Assembly (NCBI GenBank): GCA_051362555.1
Contig: CM120640.1
Span: forward strand, 71,650,788-71,714,787
Source: Lingula anatina
Lineage: Eukaryota; Animalia; Brachiopoda
Length of the DNA stretch: 64,000 bases
Direction of reading: 5' to 3'
In this document: piece after piece, positions 49,783 through 63,099 of the stretch
Position numbering within the stretch: position 1 is the stretch's first letter
Layout: each line of letters opens with the position of its first letter
Notes under the pieces: model-generated
Database searches by the model: none
Told to the model about the DNA's origin: nothing
What the model saw: only the letters and a program-made list of their open reading frames with translations
Made by a program: the position numbers and the translations under genes

Positions 49783-52700
49783 GTAGAATAACAGACAAGA
49801 TGGTCTCTTTATTGCTAAAGCTTTGAGTGGAAATACTGGGAATGTTAATAGAATGCCATGTTTTAATCATTTGACATGTTGTTCTACATTGTCACATATA
49901 TCCTTCAAAAAATGATGCTTGTAACTTTTTTCTGGTATTTTGCAATTCTAGGCACACACCTTGAACAGTGTGAAGGAAAAATTGAAAATGATGTCCACCA
50001 GATGGCAGGTCGATCAGGACAAGCTGGGCCAAAAAATCTTACTGCTACCATAAAAACAGAGGAAACAAATGATAAAGAATCTTATTATTGTCAGTATAAA
50101 TCTGGGATTAATGCTAGAAATAAAGGAGGTGAAGCATCAGGACATAATGACAGCAAGTATGCCACCAGAAAGCATGTGACTAGCTCAGAGGAAAACGATG
50201 ATATGGCTGCCAACACATCTATCAAAAAACGGTGTACTAACAACCTCAAGAAATTGATAAGTAGTACTGAAAAGGATTCCAGCAGTGATTTTGAAGAATC
50301 TCAGAGTTTACTCACCCCAAAGAAAAGTTCACAGCATTTAAGTAACAGTGAATACTTTGAAAATTCTGTTTGCAATTCCACTGGTCAAACACGCCACACA
50401 ATGCAAAATAAAACACAAGATAAACGTACTGAGCCTGTCAAGGGTTCATCACAATGTGTTGCAGGAAAGCTTAGTCAGCAATCCAGCTCAGTTAGAAACA
50501 GTCTTTCAGAGAGAAGTAATACGGAGGCAAAGAAACACAGTAGGGATAAAAGAAGGCATTTGAAACAAGAAAAGAAACCATGCAATGTGCTAGAAGATAG
50601 CTCAGACTCTGATTTTCAAGAAATGCCAGTGAAAAGAAAAAAAAGAGTGAAAAAACTTGAACCAAAATTCCTGGAAAGTAGTTCAGACTCGGACAAGGAA
50701 TTCCAGGATATTTTTCCAGGGATAAAATGCCCTATTGGATTCACCTCAGATTCCAGATCAAAGAAGAAAACAAACCAAAGCATCAAAAAAGTAAACAATA
50801 CGTCTTCTGCTACATCTGATGATGGCCCATGCTTAGATCCTTTTGAAGCCAATAATGTACAGGCAGCTGTGATACCTTTGGGAGAGGACGGTCTATCCTA
50901 CAGAGTTCTGAATGCAGACCGTCTCAAAATTGTTGAGTTCCAGTATAAAGTGCCTCAAGTTGTGCTGAGAGATGTCTTGGACACAGTTGAAGGTAAGCTG
51001 TACACAGACAGGTGTATTGTAAACCGTAGAAAAAGTGCTCTTAGTGGACACCCTACTGTTTCCAGTAGAGACCATACTGTGTCCGGCATACACCATACTG
51101 CTGCCAGGACAAACCATTCTGCCTCTGGCGGACACCCTACTGCCTCTGGCGGACACCATACTGTTTCTAGTAGAGACCATACTGTCTCTGGCGGACACCC
51201 TACTGCCTCTGGCGGACACCATACTGCCTCTGGCGGACACCATACTATTTCTAGTAGAGACCATACTGTCTCTGGCGGACACCCTACTGCCTCTGGCGGA
51301 CACCCTACTGCCTCTGGCGGACACCATACTATTTCTAGTAGAGACCATACTGTCTCTGGCGGACACCAAATTGTTTCAAGTGAAAAGAAAACTGCTTCCA
51401 GGTTTGATGTTGGTAAGCACCATACCATAAACACAGTAGAGAGATTGGATGGAAATGGAAAATGTGAAAAACACACTTCAGATACCAATAGAATGGAGCC
51501 ATACAGTAAATGTGACTCTGCACAGGATCTAGGTAATGAAAAAGATATGAATATTATTAACAAGAATCAGTGTGATGGTAAAAGTATAAAAGAAACAGAG
51601 AGACAAGTCACCCAGCTTGGTCCATTGCCTTCAATTAAGGGCTGTGATCTACAGGAAACCCCTGCTTCAACAGAGACAGTGGCACAGGTCAGTACAGGAG
51701 AAACTGAAGAGGAGCCTGGAGAGGTCAGTGAAGTGGACAGCATGTCTGGAAGCTCCCTGATACTGGACAGTGATATTGAGGTCATTAGTCTGGAGGTGGA
51801 GGAACCATCACCATTTCCTTTCAGAGGGAAATCTCAAGATGCCAAATCAATTAAATCTTCCAAGAATGTGCCAAAGTATAACAATGAAGAGCACTTGTTG
51901 AGGAAAGCTCAGTTGGAGGAGGAACACAGCCAGAAGTTGGATATGGATTCCTCAGATGATGAGGTGCTGCTCACAGCTCTGTCCATAGAGGAGGAAAGAC
52001 AGACCAAGGCCTCTCAGAGGACAATGTTAGAAACTTGTCACACAAAAGCTGATGATTCAGACAGTTTCTGCATTGGGGCTACAGCCCCTAGTACGGCATT
52101 GGGTCATCCTGAAGAATGCTCTCAGAAAGAGAACAAGAAACAGAATGTATCAACAACGGTAGAAAAAACTGAACAAAAAGAAAAGAATAGCAAGGATATA
52201 AGCCAAAAAAATGGTAACATGTATGAGGACTTCCAAGGAGTAGATGATGAGGTAAAGCCAGCTAATTTTGGGTCAGATGTCAGTGATAGTAAAAAGATCA
52301 TGTCTCAAGTGACCAGTTCCAAGACGGAGCCAAGTGCTTCTAGAAGTAAGCAATTTGACAATCAATTGACAGTGTCCAACAACTTTTCTTCATCCCATGG
52401 ATACTCTCATTCTGAAAGTATAGAGCTTCTCTCTGATGATGATGATGTGGAGGCAGGGCCTGACCTGCTCAGGCTGTCACAGACTGTCATTGACATAGAT
52501 AGTGAGGATGACTTCTCTCCACTGCATATTAAGCAGGAGGAAGAAGAGGAGGACCACATGAACACAGGGGAAGAGACAACCCATGTTAGCCCAGCCCAGG
52601 GCCTAGTCTCTGATGTGGTGGGGTATTTTGGACAGTACCATGCCACACAACCCTTTGATATCCATGATGAGGACTTCCAGGACACACAACCATTTGAGAT

Positions 52701-55700
52701 GCTGTCTTTTCAAGAGTGGGATGCTGAAGATGCAGCACAGTTGCAGTATGAAGATGACACAGAAACAGAGGGCCTTCCTGACCTGGGCAGTAGTAGTCAT
52801 CAAGCAGTGGAGGGACTCCAGGAGGAAGCATTGCCCCAAACCAGTGCAGTGTCAAGAAAGGAGTACCATTTTACTTTTGACTCTTCTGAATCCAGTTCAG
52901 ATGAGCTGCCATTTGTTCTTGATCGACCATCAGGGTTTGGGAAGGACAAATCTGGGAATGATGGATTGAAGCAATCACCCAAGTTGCCACTCAAGTCACA
53001 ATCTTTCACAAAGAAAGCTAGTCACACAGCTAGACCCGTATTTCATAGGATGACCAGTGCAAGTAGTTCTAAGTCTGCCAAATTGTGTGAAGCTCAGCCT
53101 CTGTTCTACAGGGGACGCCGGTACTCGGGGGATGACCGCAGGCTGCTGACAGGGAGGGCCAACATGGCTGATGAAAACAGTTTCACAGCAGCAAGGTTTT
53201 ATGCCAATGAAAAGAAAATGGAAGAGCATAGTAAACAGGAAAGTATATATGGGAAGGCATCCAAGAAGAAAAAGCATTCTAAAATTATGAAAGGGTCTAG
53301 CAGCAGTACATCTTCCTCTGATTGGTATGGACAAAAAATGAAACGGCATATAGCAGAAGCCAAGAAGGCCATGAGGCGTAGGCAGTCTGTGTCAAAAAGC
53401 AGCACATCTTCACCAAAAAAGTCAGAAAAGACAAAAGGTGATTACTTTTTAAATTTAACACCAAGTTCAGTAAAACTAACCCATTTTAAATATTGGATGT
53501 GTTCATGTTAATATGGACAGCCTTGCAGATTTGTCATACAAATGTGCCCTTTGAATGTTTTATAATTGTCTTTTGATTATTTAGGCTTTATCCGCCAGCC
53601 TGGCCCGATTGCTCGCAAGGCTCGTGTCTGGGTGAGTGCTACTTCCAGACAGGACTCTCTGACAAAAGATATGATGGCTTCCAAAGCACAGAGTTGGCGT
53701 CAGTCCATTAGAAATAAAAAAACATCTGCAGGGCCTTCAAAAAAAAGGTCTACCAGTGATGCTGGAGCAGTTTCTACTCTAGGATCTGAATCTGCTAGTA
53801 CTCTGCTACCTTCCACTGGAGATGTTACAACGGCTACTAAAACCATGGTAACTAATACTAAAGATGGGACAACTGCCACTGAAACTATGGTAACTAGCCC
53901 TGGAGATGTTACAACTGCTGCTAAAACCATGGTAACTAGCCCTGGAGATGGGACAACTGCCAGTAAAACCATGGTAACTAGCCCTGGAGATGGGACAACT
54001 GCCAGTACAACCATGGTAACTAGCCCTAGAGATGGGACAACTGCCAGTAAAACCATGGTAACTAGCCCTGGAGAAGGGACAATTGCCAGTAAAACCATTG
54101 TAACTAGCCCTGGAGATGGGACAACTGCCAATAAAACCATGGTAACTAGCCTTGGAGATGGGACAACTGCCAGTAAAACCATGGTAACTAGCCCTGGAGA
54201 TGGGACAACTGCCAATAAAACCATGGTAACTAGCCCTGGAGATGGGACAACTGCCAGAAAAACCATGGTAACTAGCTCTGGAGATGGGACAGCTGCTAGT
54301 AAGTCAAAACTAACTATTGCTAAAGATGGTACAGTACAGAAAGCTGCCCCTGTGGTCCAAGAAGTACAAGGTTCTGGGAGTGGGAAAGATGTCCCTTCTG
54401 TACATGTCACTAAACCAATTGGAATCCTTAAAAAACCAGGAAGAGCCAATGGAAAAAAGGTTTGTTGACATCAGTTAATAATAAGTTTATTGTGACTATG
54501 GCAATATGTCAAAAATGTTTGGGTATGCTGGGTGTTTTTGGGGCTGGGTATGCTGGATGTTTTAGAGGCTGGGTATGCTGGATGTTTTGGGGGGCTGCAA
54601 TTGCTGAATGTTTTTGGGCTGGGTATGCTGGATTTGAGCAATGAAGTGGTATTTCTTTAAAGCACAATTTTGGAATAGAAAATCAGTATCTGTGTAATTG
54701 GAGATGCATTGTAATCCAGTTAGTATGCTGAATGTCTATCCAAAGACAAAATGTTGTTTAGGCATCTGCACTTTTCAGTTACTCATTATTGGTATATTGT
54801 CATTCTCATTTGGACATTGATTTTGTTAGTAGAAATTGCGTTACTGTATGTTGTAAGGCTGTGAGGTGATTCCTGTTTTTCAGAGGATAGAAGATGGAGT
54901 TAGAAATAAGGTATCTTTTGGGGAAAGATTTTTCAAAGAAATCCCGAGAAGGTCAGAGCAACAGTCCCGACCTGTCAATATGGCTGCTATGGCCCTCGAT
55001 GTGCATCCTAGGGCTAAGAGCGCTCCTGCCAACAAAACCAAGTTCTCCGAGTTGAAGTTTCTGGTAAACATGCTGACCAAGTTCAACACCCGCTGGCTCA
55101 AAGGTATGTCTTGACTGTGTCAGGTAGAACTAAGGTATGACTTGACTGTGTCAGGTAGAACTAAGGTATGACTTGACTGTGTCAGGTAGAACTAAGGTAG
55201 GAATTGACTGTGTCAGGTAGAACTAAGGTATGACTTGACTGTGTCAGGTAGAACTAAGGTAGGACTTGACTGTGTCAGGTAGAACTAAGGTATGACTTGA
55301 CTGTGTCAGGTAGAACTAAGGTAGGACTTGACTGTGTCAGGTAGAACTAAGGTAGGACTTAACTGTGTCAGGTAGAACTAAGGTAGGACTTGACTGTGTC
55401 AGGTAGAACTAAGGTATGACTTGACTGTGTCAGGTAGAACTAAGGTATGACTTGACTGTGTCAGGTAAAACTAAGGTATGACTTGACTGTGTCAGGTAGA
55501 ACTAAGGTAGGACTTAACTGTGTCAGGTAGAACTAAGGTAGGACTTGACTGTGTCAGGTAGAACTAAGGTAGGACTTAACTGTGTCAGGTAGAACTAAGG
55601 TAGGACTTGACTGTGTCAGGTAAAACTAAGGTAGGAATTGACTATGTCAGGTAGAACTAAGGTAGGAATTGACTGTGTCAGGTAGAACTAAGGTAGGACT

Positions 55701-58700
55701 TGACTGTGTCAGGTAGAACTAAAGTAGGAATTGACTGTGTTAGGTAGTACTAAGGTAGGACTTGACTGTGTCAGGTAGAACTAAGGTAGGAATTGACTGT
55801 GTCAGGTAGAACTAAGGTAGGACTCGACTATGTCAGGTAGAACTGAAAATCAACCAAGTTACAGTGATGGAATTCTTCAGTTAATGCCAGTTAAGTTTAA
55901 AAGTTACATTAATGGTTAGAGCTATTTACCATTTAATCTGCAGTGGTTTCCAATAATTACAGTTACTTTGAAGAGAAATACAACTTTAAATAGTTAAAAG
56001 ATTTGTTTTACTTCCAGAATGTCTAACATCTGATGCAGAGCCTCCTGCTGCGGGGGAAGGTGTCTATCTGCATCCCCTGCTGCCCTCTTACAGCAGTTTA
56101 GATGACTACATTGAAATCATCACACCTCTTATGTTACATGAAATATGGGCAAAGGTAGGTCACTGACATTGAGATAGTTACAAGATAATATGGTGACTCT
56201 CAAACCCATATTTGCAGGATTTGATCTTGGTTTTTCAAGAACCGTCATTGTAAATTGTTCAAAATAAGTTCATAATTTGACTTTTGATTGGTCCTACATT
56301 TGAATAATTTACATGGGTTGGATGTATTTGGCAGATGCACAGTTGTGACAATGCGAGTTTTTTCCAATGTGGTAATAAATTATCTTTCTGTATTGTTCTT
56401 CTAGGCTGCAAAAGATTGGAAGGAAAAGGGAAATGAATTGGCATGTCATTTTTTAGTTCTTGTAAATTGCAATTTCAAGCCTGCTTTACAGGGTTACATG
56501 TTCCATGGTCTACAGGGTGAGTTGAAATATAAATACTGCTGTGAGTATGGTGATTGTAATTGCCAATTTAGAATTCATATTATAGGTGAGCCGAGATATC
56601 ATCTGATGTAAGGAAATTTTTACAAAATTAAATTCTACAACTCCTATTACCATATATTTCATAAGGTCAATCCATTCTGACCCCTTTTGGTTGCAGATTT
56701 AATCCACAAGAAGGCGCTGCTGACCAGAAAGTGTGTGGCTGAGGGCGATCTGGTGGTGCTCCACATGGCAAGGAAGCTGAAGCAGGGCAGCATTGAAATA
56801 CTGCAAGTGTTTGGCTATGTGCAGAGTGTCACCAGGACTGCCATAGGGGAGGAACAGAACCTCAAGGAACTGCTGGGTAAATTACATTACAAAATTCTTG
56901 TCATTCCTAACACAATGTCACACCAAACATTTTGTTGCTGTAGTCACACACTGGCACAAATCATAATGTCATGATGATAACAGCTAGAGTAAGCTTGTTG
57001 TGACTTCCTGTTAATGTTCATTTCCAGCCAAGAAGAAGTTTGCAGGTCACAGTGCAGCGGACTACACTCTGTTTACACTGTCAGTTATGACAAAATGGAA
57101 GCCAGCTTTTTTAGAACTGACTGATGAAATTCTTTTGAAAGCAGAGGTAAATAGGGATGCACCTTTAATTGTACCACCAGCGTTAGCGCTGGCGGTACAC
57201 ATGGTTTTAGTCCCGTTCGGTCCGTTCCGCCGGCTCCTGCGGCTCCGCCGCCATGTTACCGTTACCGCTTCTCCTCCTAGACGGTAAGGGCCCCCATACC
57301 CATCTCTTGGATTTAGGTCACCTATAATCTCAACTCGTTCCACGTAAAATTTGGGCTTTGTCGGTATTGGGGTCTAGGTGTGTCATTCATTGCAATGCAC
57401 CCTTGTCCAAAAATGGCAAAATTAAATGCTAATTATCTACCCTACGGAAGGAATTATGGGAAAAATTTTTACAGACGGCTTTCCAAAAGTCATATGTGTA
57501 GATTTCAAATATGCCCTTGGATTTGACCTTTGACCTTTATTTCAAGGTCAAACAGGCCAAATTTTTCAAAAAAATGAAATTTTTTTACGAAAAAAAAATT
57601 ATTTGCGCTGTTATTCAGACACCACACATACTTAACCAATAATATTATTGGAAAATGATACCCTTCAGGTCATCTTTCATCTCTGTGAATTTGGGGTCAA
57701 TCGGTGCATTTTAACGGGAGTAGCGGCCATAAGATACCGAAACTGAAAACTGTCTCTAATTCGGGAACCGTTAATGCTAGAGACCCATTCTTTTTTGCAT
57801 TTTGTAGAGCATGTAAAGCCCAACACTGGAGGTGGTCTCCGTTTTTTTGTATTCCATACGGTTTTCGAGCTACGCTGTATCAAAAAGTACATATTGGTGG
57901 TGAAAGCAAAATGTGCAGTACGGTAATGGATAATAAATTTTGAACTCTGGAAAAATAAAACATAAGGCTTGGCAAAGCAGACAACTTGTGGTCAAAAATG
58001 ACATTATTTCATCAAATTTGAACTTCTGGAACTTCAGAGCACCTCCCATTTCAAGAATTTCGACCAAAATGACCTTTTCTTTATTTTAATTAATTTTTTC
58101 TGTTGGAAATTTATGGCACATTAAGGTAACTCCAAAATTATAACATTTAGTCCCTTGAAATTGACCTTTGACCTACTTTTTATCATGAATTGAACTTTGC
58201 AAATTTTGGTTCCCTTTTATCTCCAGAACTGGCAGAGATAGGTCCATAGTTTCTATTAAACTTGCATGGAAAGTCATATACTGGCAATCTAAATGTGACC
58301 TTGAAATTGACCTTTGACCTACTTTTCACTATGAACTGAACTTTGCAAATTTCTTTCTCTTTAAACTCCAAACCTGGCAGAGATAGGTCCATAGTTACCA
58401 TTAAAGTTGAATAGGAAGTCATATACTGGCAATTTACTGTGACCTTGAAATTGACCTTTGACCTACCTTACGATGAACTTAACTTTGATTGTACCATTTT
58501 AAGTTATATATATTTTTTGCATATTTTGAAAATTCTTGTTGATTGCATTTTTACAGCTTGTCAAGCATAAGACTGGTGGCTGTGTCCCTTATTTTGTGTA
58601 TGTGGGGGTCTATACCAATGCGCTTGCTCCAGCTGGTGGTACAATATTCTGAGGCGGTATCGCCTCTCTGATCCTCTAGTTTTAATTTGATTTAATTTGT

Positions 58701-61700
58701 TGACCTTAATTTTGAATGTATCCATAGCCAGTTTTGGTGGTCTCTGGTATAAAAAAAAAAATTGAAATTTATTTCTGATAACATTGCATCTTCCCTTGAA
58801 GACTTAAGTCTATCCACAGGGAATAAAGATGAACTACCCTCAGTCTGTGTAGATTACACAACAAAACTGAGAATAATTCATCTGTATTCTCAGTAAATTA
58901 GCTGACTCAGAGGTGTCTTAGACCCCATTCCCATAGATTTTAGATCGATCTATCCCTGTGGGGAGTCTCACTAGATTACTGTCAGCATAACCGACTTAAG
59001 CATCTATCCCGCCTACTAAAAGCTGTAAGGAGGTAATTAACTATGGTGCGCGCTCGGCTGACTGCAATTTAGCGTGAACCCCCAGGGAGTTAGGTCGATC
59101 TAAATCTAAATCTCTGGATCGATCTAAATCTCTGGGAATGCACCCTTAGAGGGAGATGGAAAGCTGCGAACTAGACAAATTTGTGTGTCCAGTAATAGAT
59201 TTGAAAAGTTCATGTGAAATACTAACATACATAGCATTGTAGTGTGTAATCATTTGCAGGTTGTGACTTCATTGACCTCCAGTATTCGCTGTATTCGAGG
59301 ACTCTCTTATCTGAATAAGAGCCTCTTGGCGAGGGACTTCCTGCGTCCAACTAATGGCAATGTATTTGTCCGATCTCCTATCAAACTCAGTGAATCTGTG
59401 GTAAGCCAATGTAATTGTGTACGTAAATGATATAGCTCTGTAGCATATACATGTATAAATATAGCAAGGTGGATCAAAAAACATATTAAAATATTTATGT
59501 GATGCACAAACATATGCTAAGATTATATTTATAATAGTTATAACTATATTGAAGTGGGATTGTATATTTTGCTTTTCTTTTGTATCAATAATGACAAGCA
59601 GTGTACAACCAGCTTTCATTGGAGATGTTTGCTATTTCAGCCAGGTTTCAATGAGAGTCAAAGTAAAGTCATCCAGTCCCTGTCTGAGGCAGCTGTTCAG
59701 CCATATGCTCTGCCTAAGATTGGACTGGTTCAGGGACCACCAGGGACAGGAAAGTCACGCACTGTAGTCGGCTTGTGTGTAAACATATTACAGGTAATAA
59801 TTGCACAGAGTTTCTGTAGACATAGCTTGTTTGATGTTGAGTTTGATAATTTTTACCATGAACTGAACAATGTATGCATTTAGAAAAGTGGTGTTTACTC
59901 ATCTTTAGGATGCTTCTGATCATGTCCACAGATTCAATATCTGCCACTTAATTAGGAAGGAAAAGGCTTTGTATTTTTTATTATGTACAGACACAGATGT
60001 GTCTGTACATATTGCCATCACCTGCATCTGTCGTCGCCGATGCCGTCGCCGTGCTCTTTCCTTGTAAACACGATAAGTGGAGGACAGTTTTTCTTTTTGG
60101 CTTTATATTTACAGAGCTGATGAATATTCATAAAACGCAGGTCAAGTTCGAAAATCAGCATGATCGGGCCATTATTGTAGAAGTTATGCTGTTTTTTCAC
60201 TTTTCAGCATATATGCAACCCTGTAAACACATTTTAAGGAAAACCGTTAGGCCTGTTGTCATGAAACTCATAGGAGTGGTCAATCTTACTATAACGCAGG
60301 TCAAGTTCGAAAATTGGCATGATCGAGCCACTATTTTAGTTATGCTTTTTTTTTTAAACTTTTCAGCATATATGCAACACTGTTAACACAAAATAAGAAA
60401 AACAGATAGGCCAATTGTCATTAAACTCACTGGAGTGGTCATTCCTGCTAAAACGCAGGTTGAGTTAAAAAATCAGCATAATCGGGCCATCATTTTGAAG
60501 AAATGCTGTTTTTTCACATTTCCTCAGATTTAATTCTTAGGCATGTTAACAGTTTCATTATTTAATTAATAAGATAGGTAAAAGTGTTTGTTTGGCATTT
60601 CCTGCATCTTTACAACATTATTAGTTGATTATGTAAAAATGATGGTAAACTTATTATCGTGTATTGTGTAATAAAGTTTCAAAAATGGAAATAAACTCAT
60701 ATCATTGCAGTTTGTCAGATTCAATCATTCACTATGTTCAGAATCTCAGAATGGAAGAAATTGGACATTTAACACTGCTCTATTGATATTTTTCCCATCT
60801 CATCAATTTTCTTAGTTGATCATATAAAAACGGCAGTAAACTGTTAATTTTGTTTTATGTAAAAAATTGTTAAAAATGAAAAAAAAAAAAAAAAAAAAAC
60901 TTTCAGAACATTGCTGTCTTGTTTCACATTTTTGCATTTTCAAGTTGTGACTTTGAAGTTCCATGGGCCTGAAGACCTTTGCTAGACACATTTTCTGAAT
61001 ATCCATAATACTAATATTTTATTATTAAAATTGATGGTCATTATGCTGTTAAACATTATGTAATATTGCATCAAAATTTGAAAAAAAAAAAACTATTTTG
61101 GGCACTGCTCCCATGATGACCATTTAAGAAAAACCATGTCACTTACTGTTCTCAAACTTACAGGAAAGAAACATGGGACTAAAATACAGCTTCAGTAGGC
61201 AATGCAGTCTGTTTGGTAATTCTTACTGCCAGTTAAACAGTTTTTTTATGAAAATTTAATTTTTCACATATTGGCATTTTTAAGGTGTGACTTTGAAGTT
61301 CCACGGGCTTGAAGACCCATGCTAGTCGCATTTTCTGAAAATCCATGATACGTATATTTTATTATTAAAAATTGACGGTCATTATGCTGTTAACCATTAT
61401 GTTATATGGCATCAGAATAGAAGAAAACACAATTTTGGGTGCTGCTGCCATGATGACCATTATGGGAAAACCATGTTACTTATGATTGCCAAACTTTCAA
61501 AAAAGAAAAACAAGACTAAAATGCAGCCTGAGTTGGAAAAGCAGTCTAATTGGCTTCTTTTTCTGGAAGTTATACATTTTCAAAGTGTGAACTTGTTACA
61601 CATTTTACTTACATTGGTATTACCTGTTGAGCATAATTAAAATTTGATGTTGAATTTGCAGTTTAACATCATGTTCTTTTGCATCAGAATTGACAGTAGC

Positions 61701-62260
61701 CTATTTTGTGCATAGTTATTTCCTGTTTTTTGTCTGTACATTTGACAGCTTTGCTGCCTTGTCATCATATAAATAAAGACAAAGCTGATTAGCCTGATGG
61801 GGGCTAGTGTTTATCTACAAAATTTGCCACATCTCACATCTCTGACCCATCTGTTAGAAGTGTGGAGTTTTGACCCGTTTCAGAAAGTTGCCAGAAAGCA
61901 GCTGGACCATTATTGTATCCTGCTCTGTGCTCCCTCCAATGCTGCCATTGATGTCCTCACTAGACGACTGCTAGATATGCGCAAACAGATGAAAGTACGC
62001 AGCAAAGGTCAGATAACTCTCTCTCTCTCACACACACACACACAGAGTTATATTTTGTTATTTTTCTAGCTGACAAAAGAATCAAGGTCCCTGGTATAGT
62101 GCATGTTAGGAGTACAGAGAATGTACATGCATGCATGCACACACATACACACACACACACACACACAGTTATATTCTGTTATCTTTCTAGCTGACAAAAG
62201 AATCAAGGTCCCTGGTATAGTGCATGTTAGGAGTACAGAGAATGTACATGCATGCACGCA

Positions 62261-62303
<43 letters not shown>

Positions 62304-62393
62304 ATATTCTGTTATCTTTCTAGCTGACAAAAGAATCAAGGTCCCTGGTATAGTGCGTGTTGGGAGTACAGAGAATGTACATGCATGCACGCA

Positions 62394-62442
<49 letters not shown>

Positions 62443-62532
62443 ATATTCTGTTATCTTTCTAGCTGACAAAAGAATCAAGGTCCCTGGTATAGTGCGTGTT
62501 GGGAGTACAGAGAATGTACATGCATGCACGCA

Positions 62533-62571
<39 letters not shown>

Positions 62572-62661
62572 ATATTCTGTTATCTTTCTAGCTGACAAAA
62601 GAATCAAGGTCCCTGGTATAGTGCGTGTTGGGAGTACAGAGAATGTACATGCATGCACGCA

Positions 62662-62704
<43 letters not shown>

Positions 62705-62794
62705 ATATTCTGTTATCTTTCTAGCTGACAAAAGAATCAAGGTCCCTGGTATAGTGCGTGTTGGGAGTACAGAGAATGTACATGCATGCACGCA

Positions 62795-62826
<32 letters not shown>

Positions 62827-62919
62827 GTTATATTCTGTTATTTTTCTAGCTGACAAAAGAATCAAGGTCCCTGGTATAGTGCGTGTTGGGAGTACAGAGA
62901 ATGTACATGCATGCACGCA

Positions 62920-62962
<43 letters not shown>

Positions 62963-63052
62963 ATATTTTGTTATCTTTCTAGCTGACAAAAGAATCAAGG
63001 TCCCTGGTATAGTGCGTGTTGGGAGTACAGAGAATGTACATGCATGCACGCA

Positions 63053-63099
<47 letters not shown>

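Noticed and set aside
49876-49951. Signal-peptide-like start of the 1211-aa ORF (MLFYIVTYIL...)
   Set aside because: It is the intron polypyrimidine region; the exon starts at 49952.
53700-54449. Antisense and alternative-frame ORFs over coding repeats (also 50893-51563)
   Set aside because: Stop-free shadows of in-frame tandem repeats.
55101-55844. Regular short repeats resembling a CRISPR array (also 27470-27843 and 36176-36684)
   Set aside because: No unique spacers, no cas genes, eukaryotic context.
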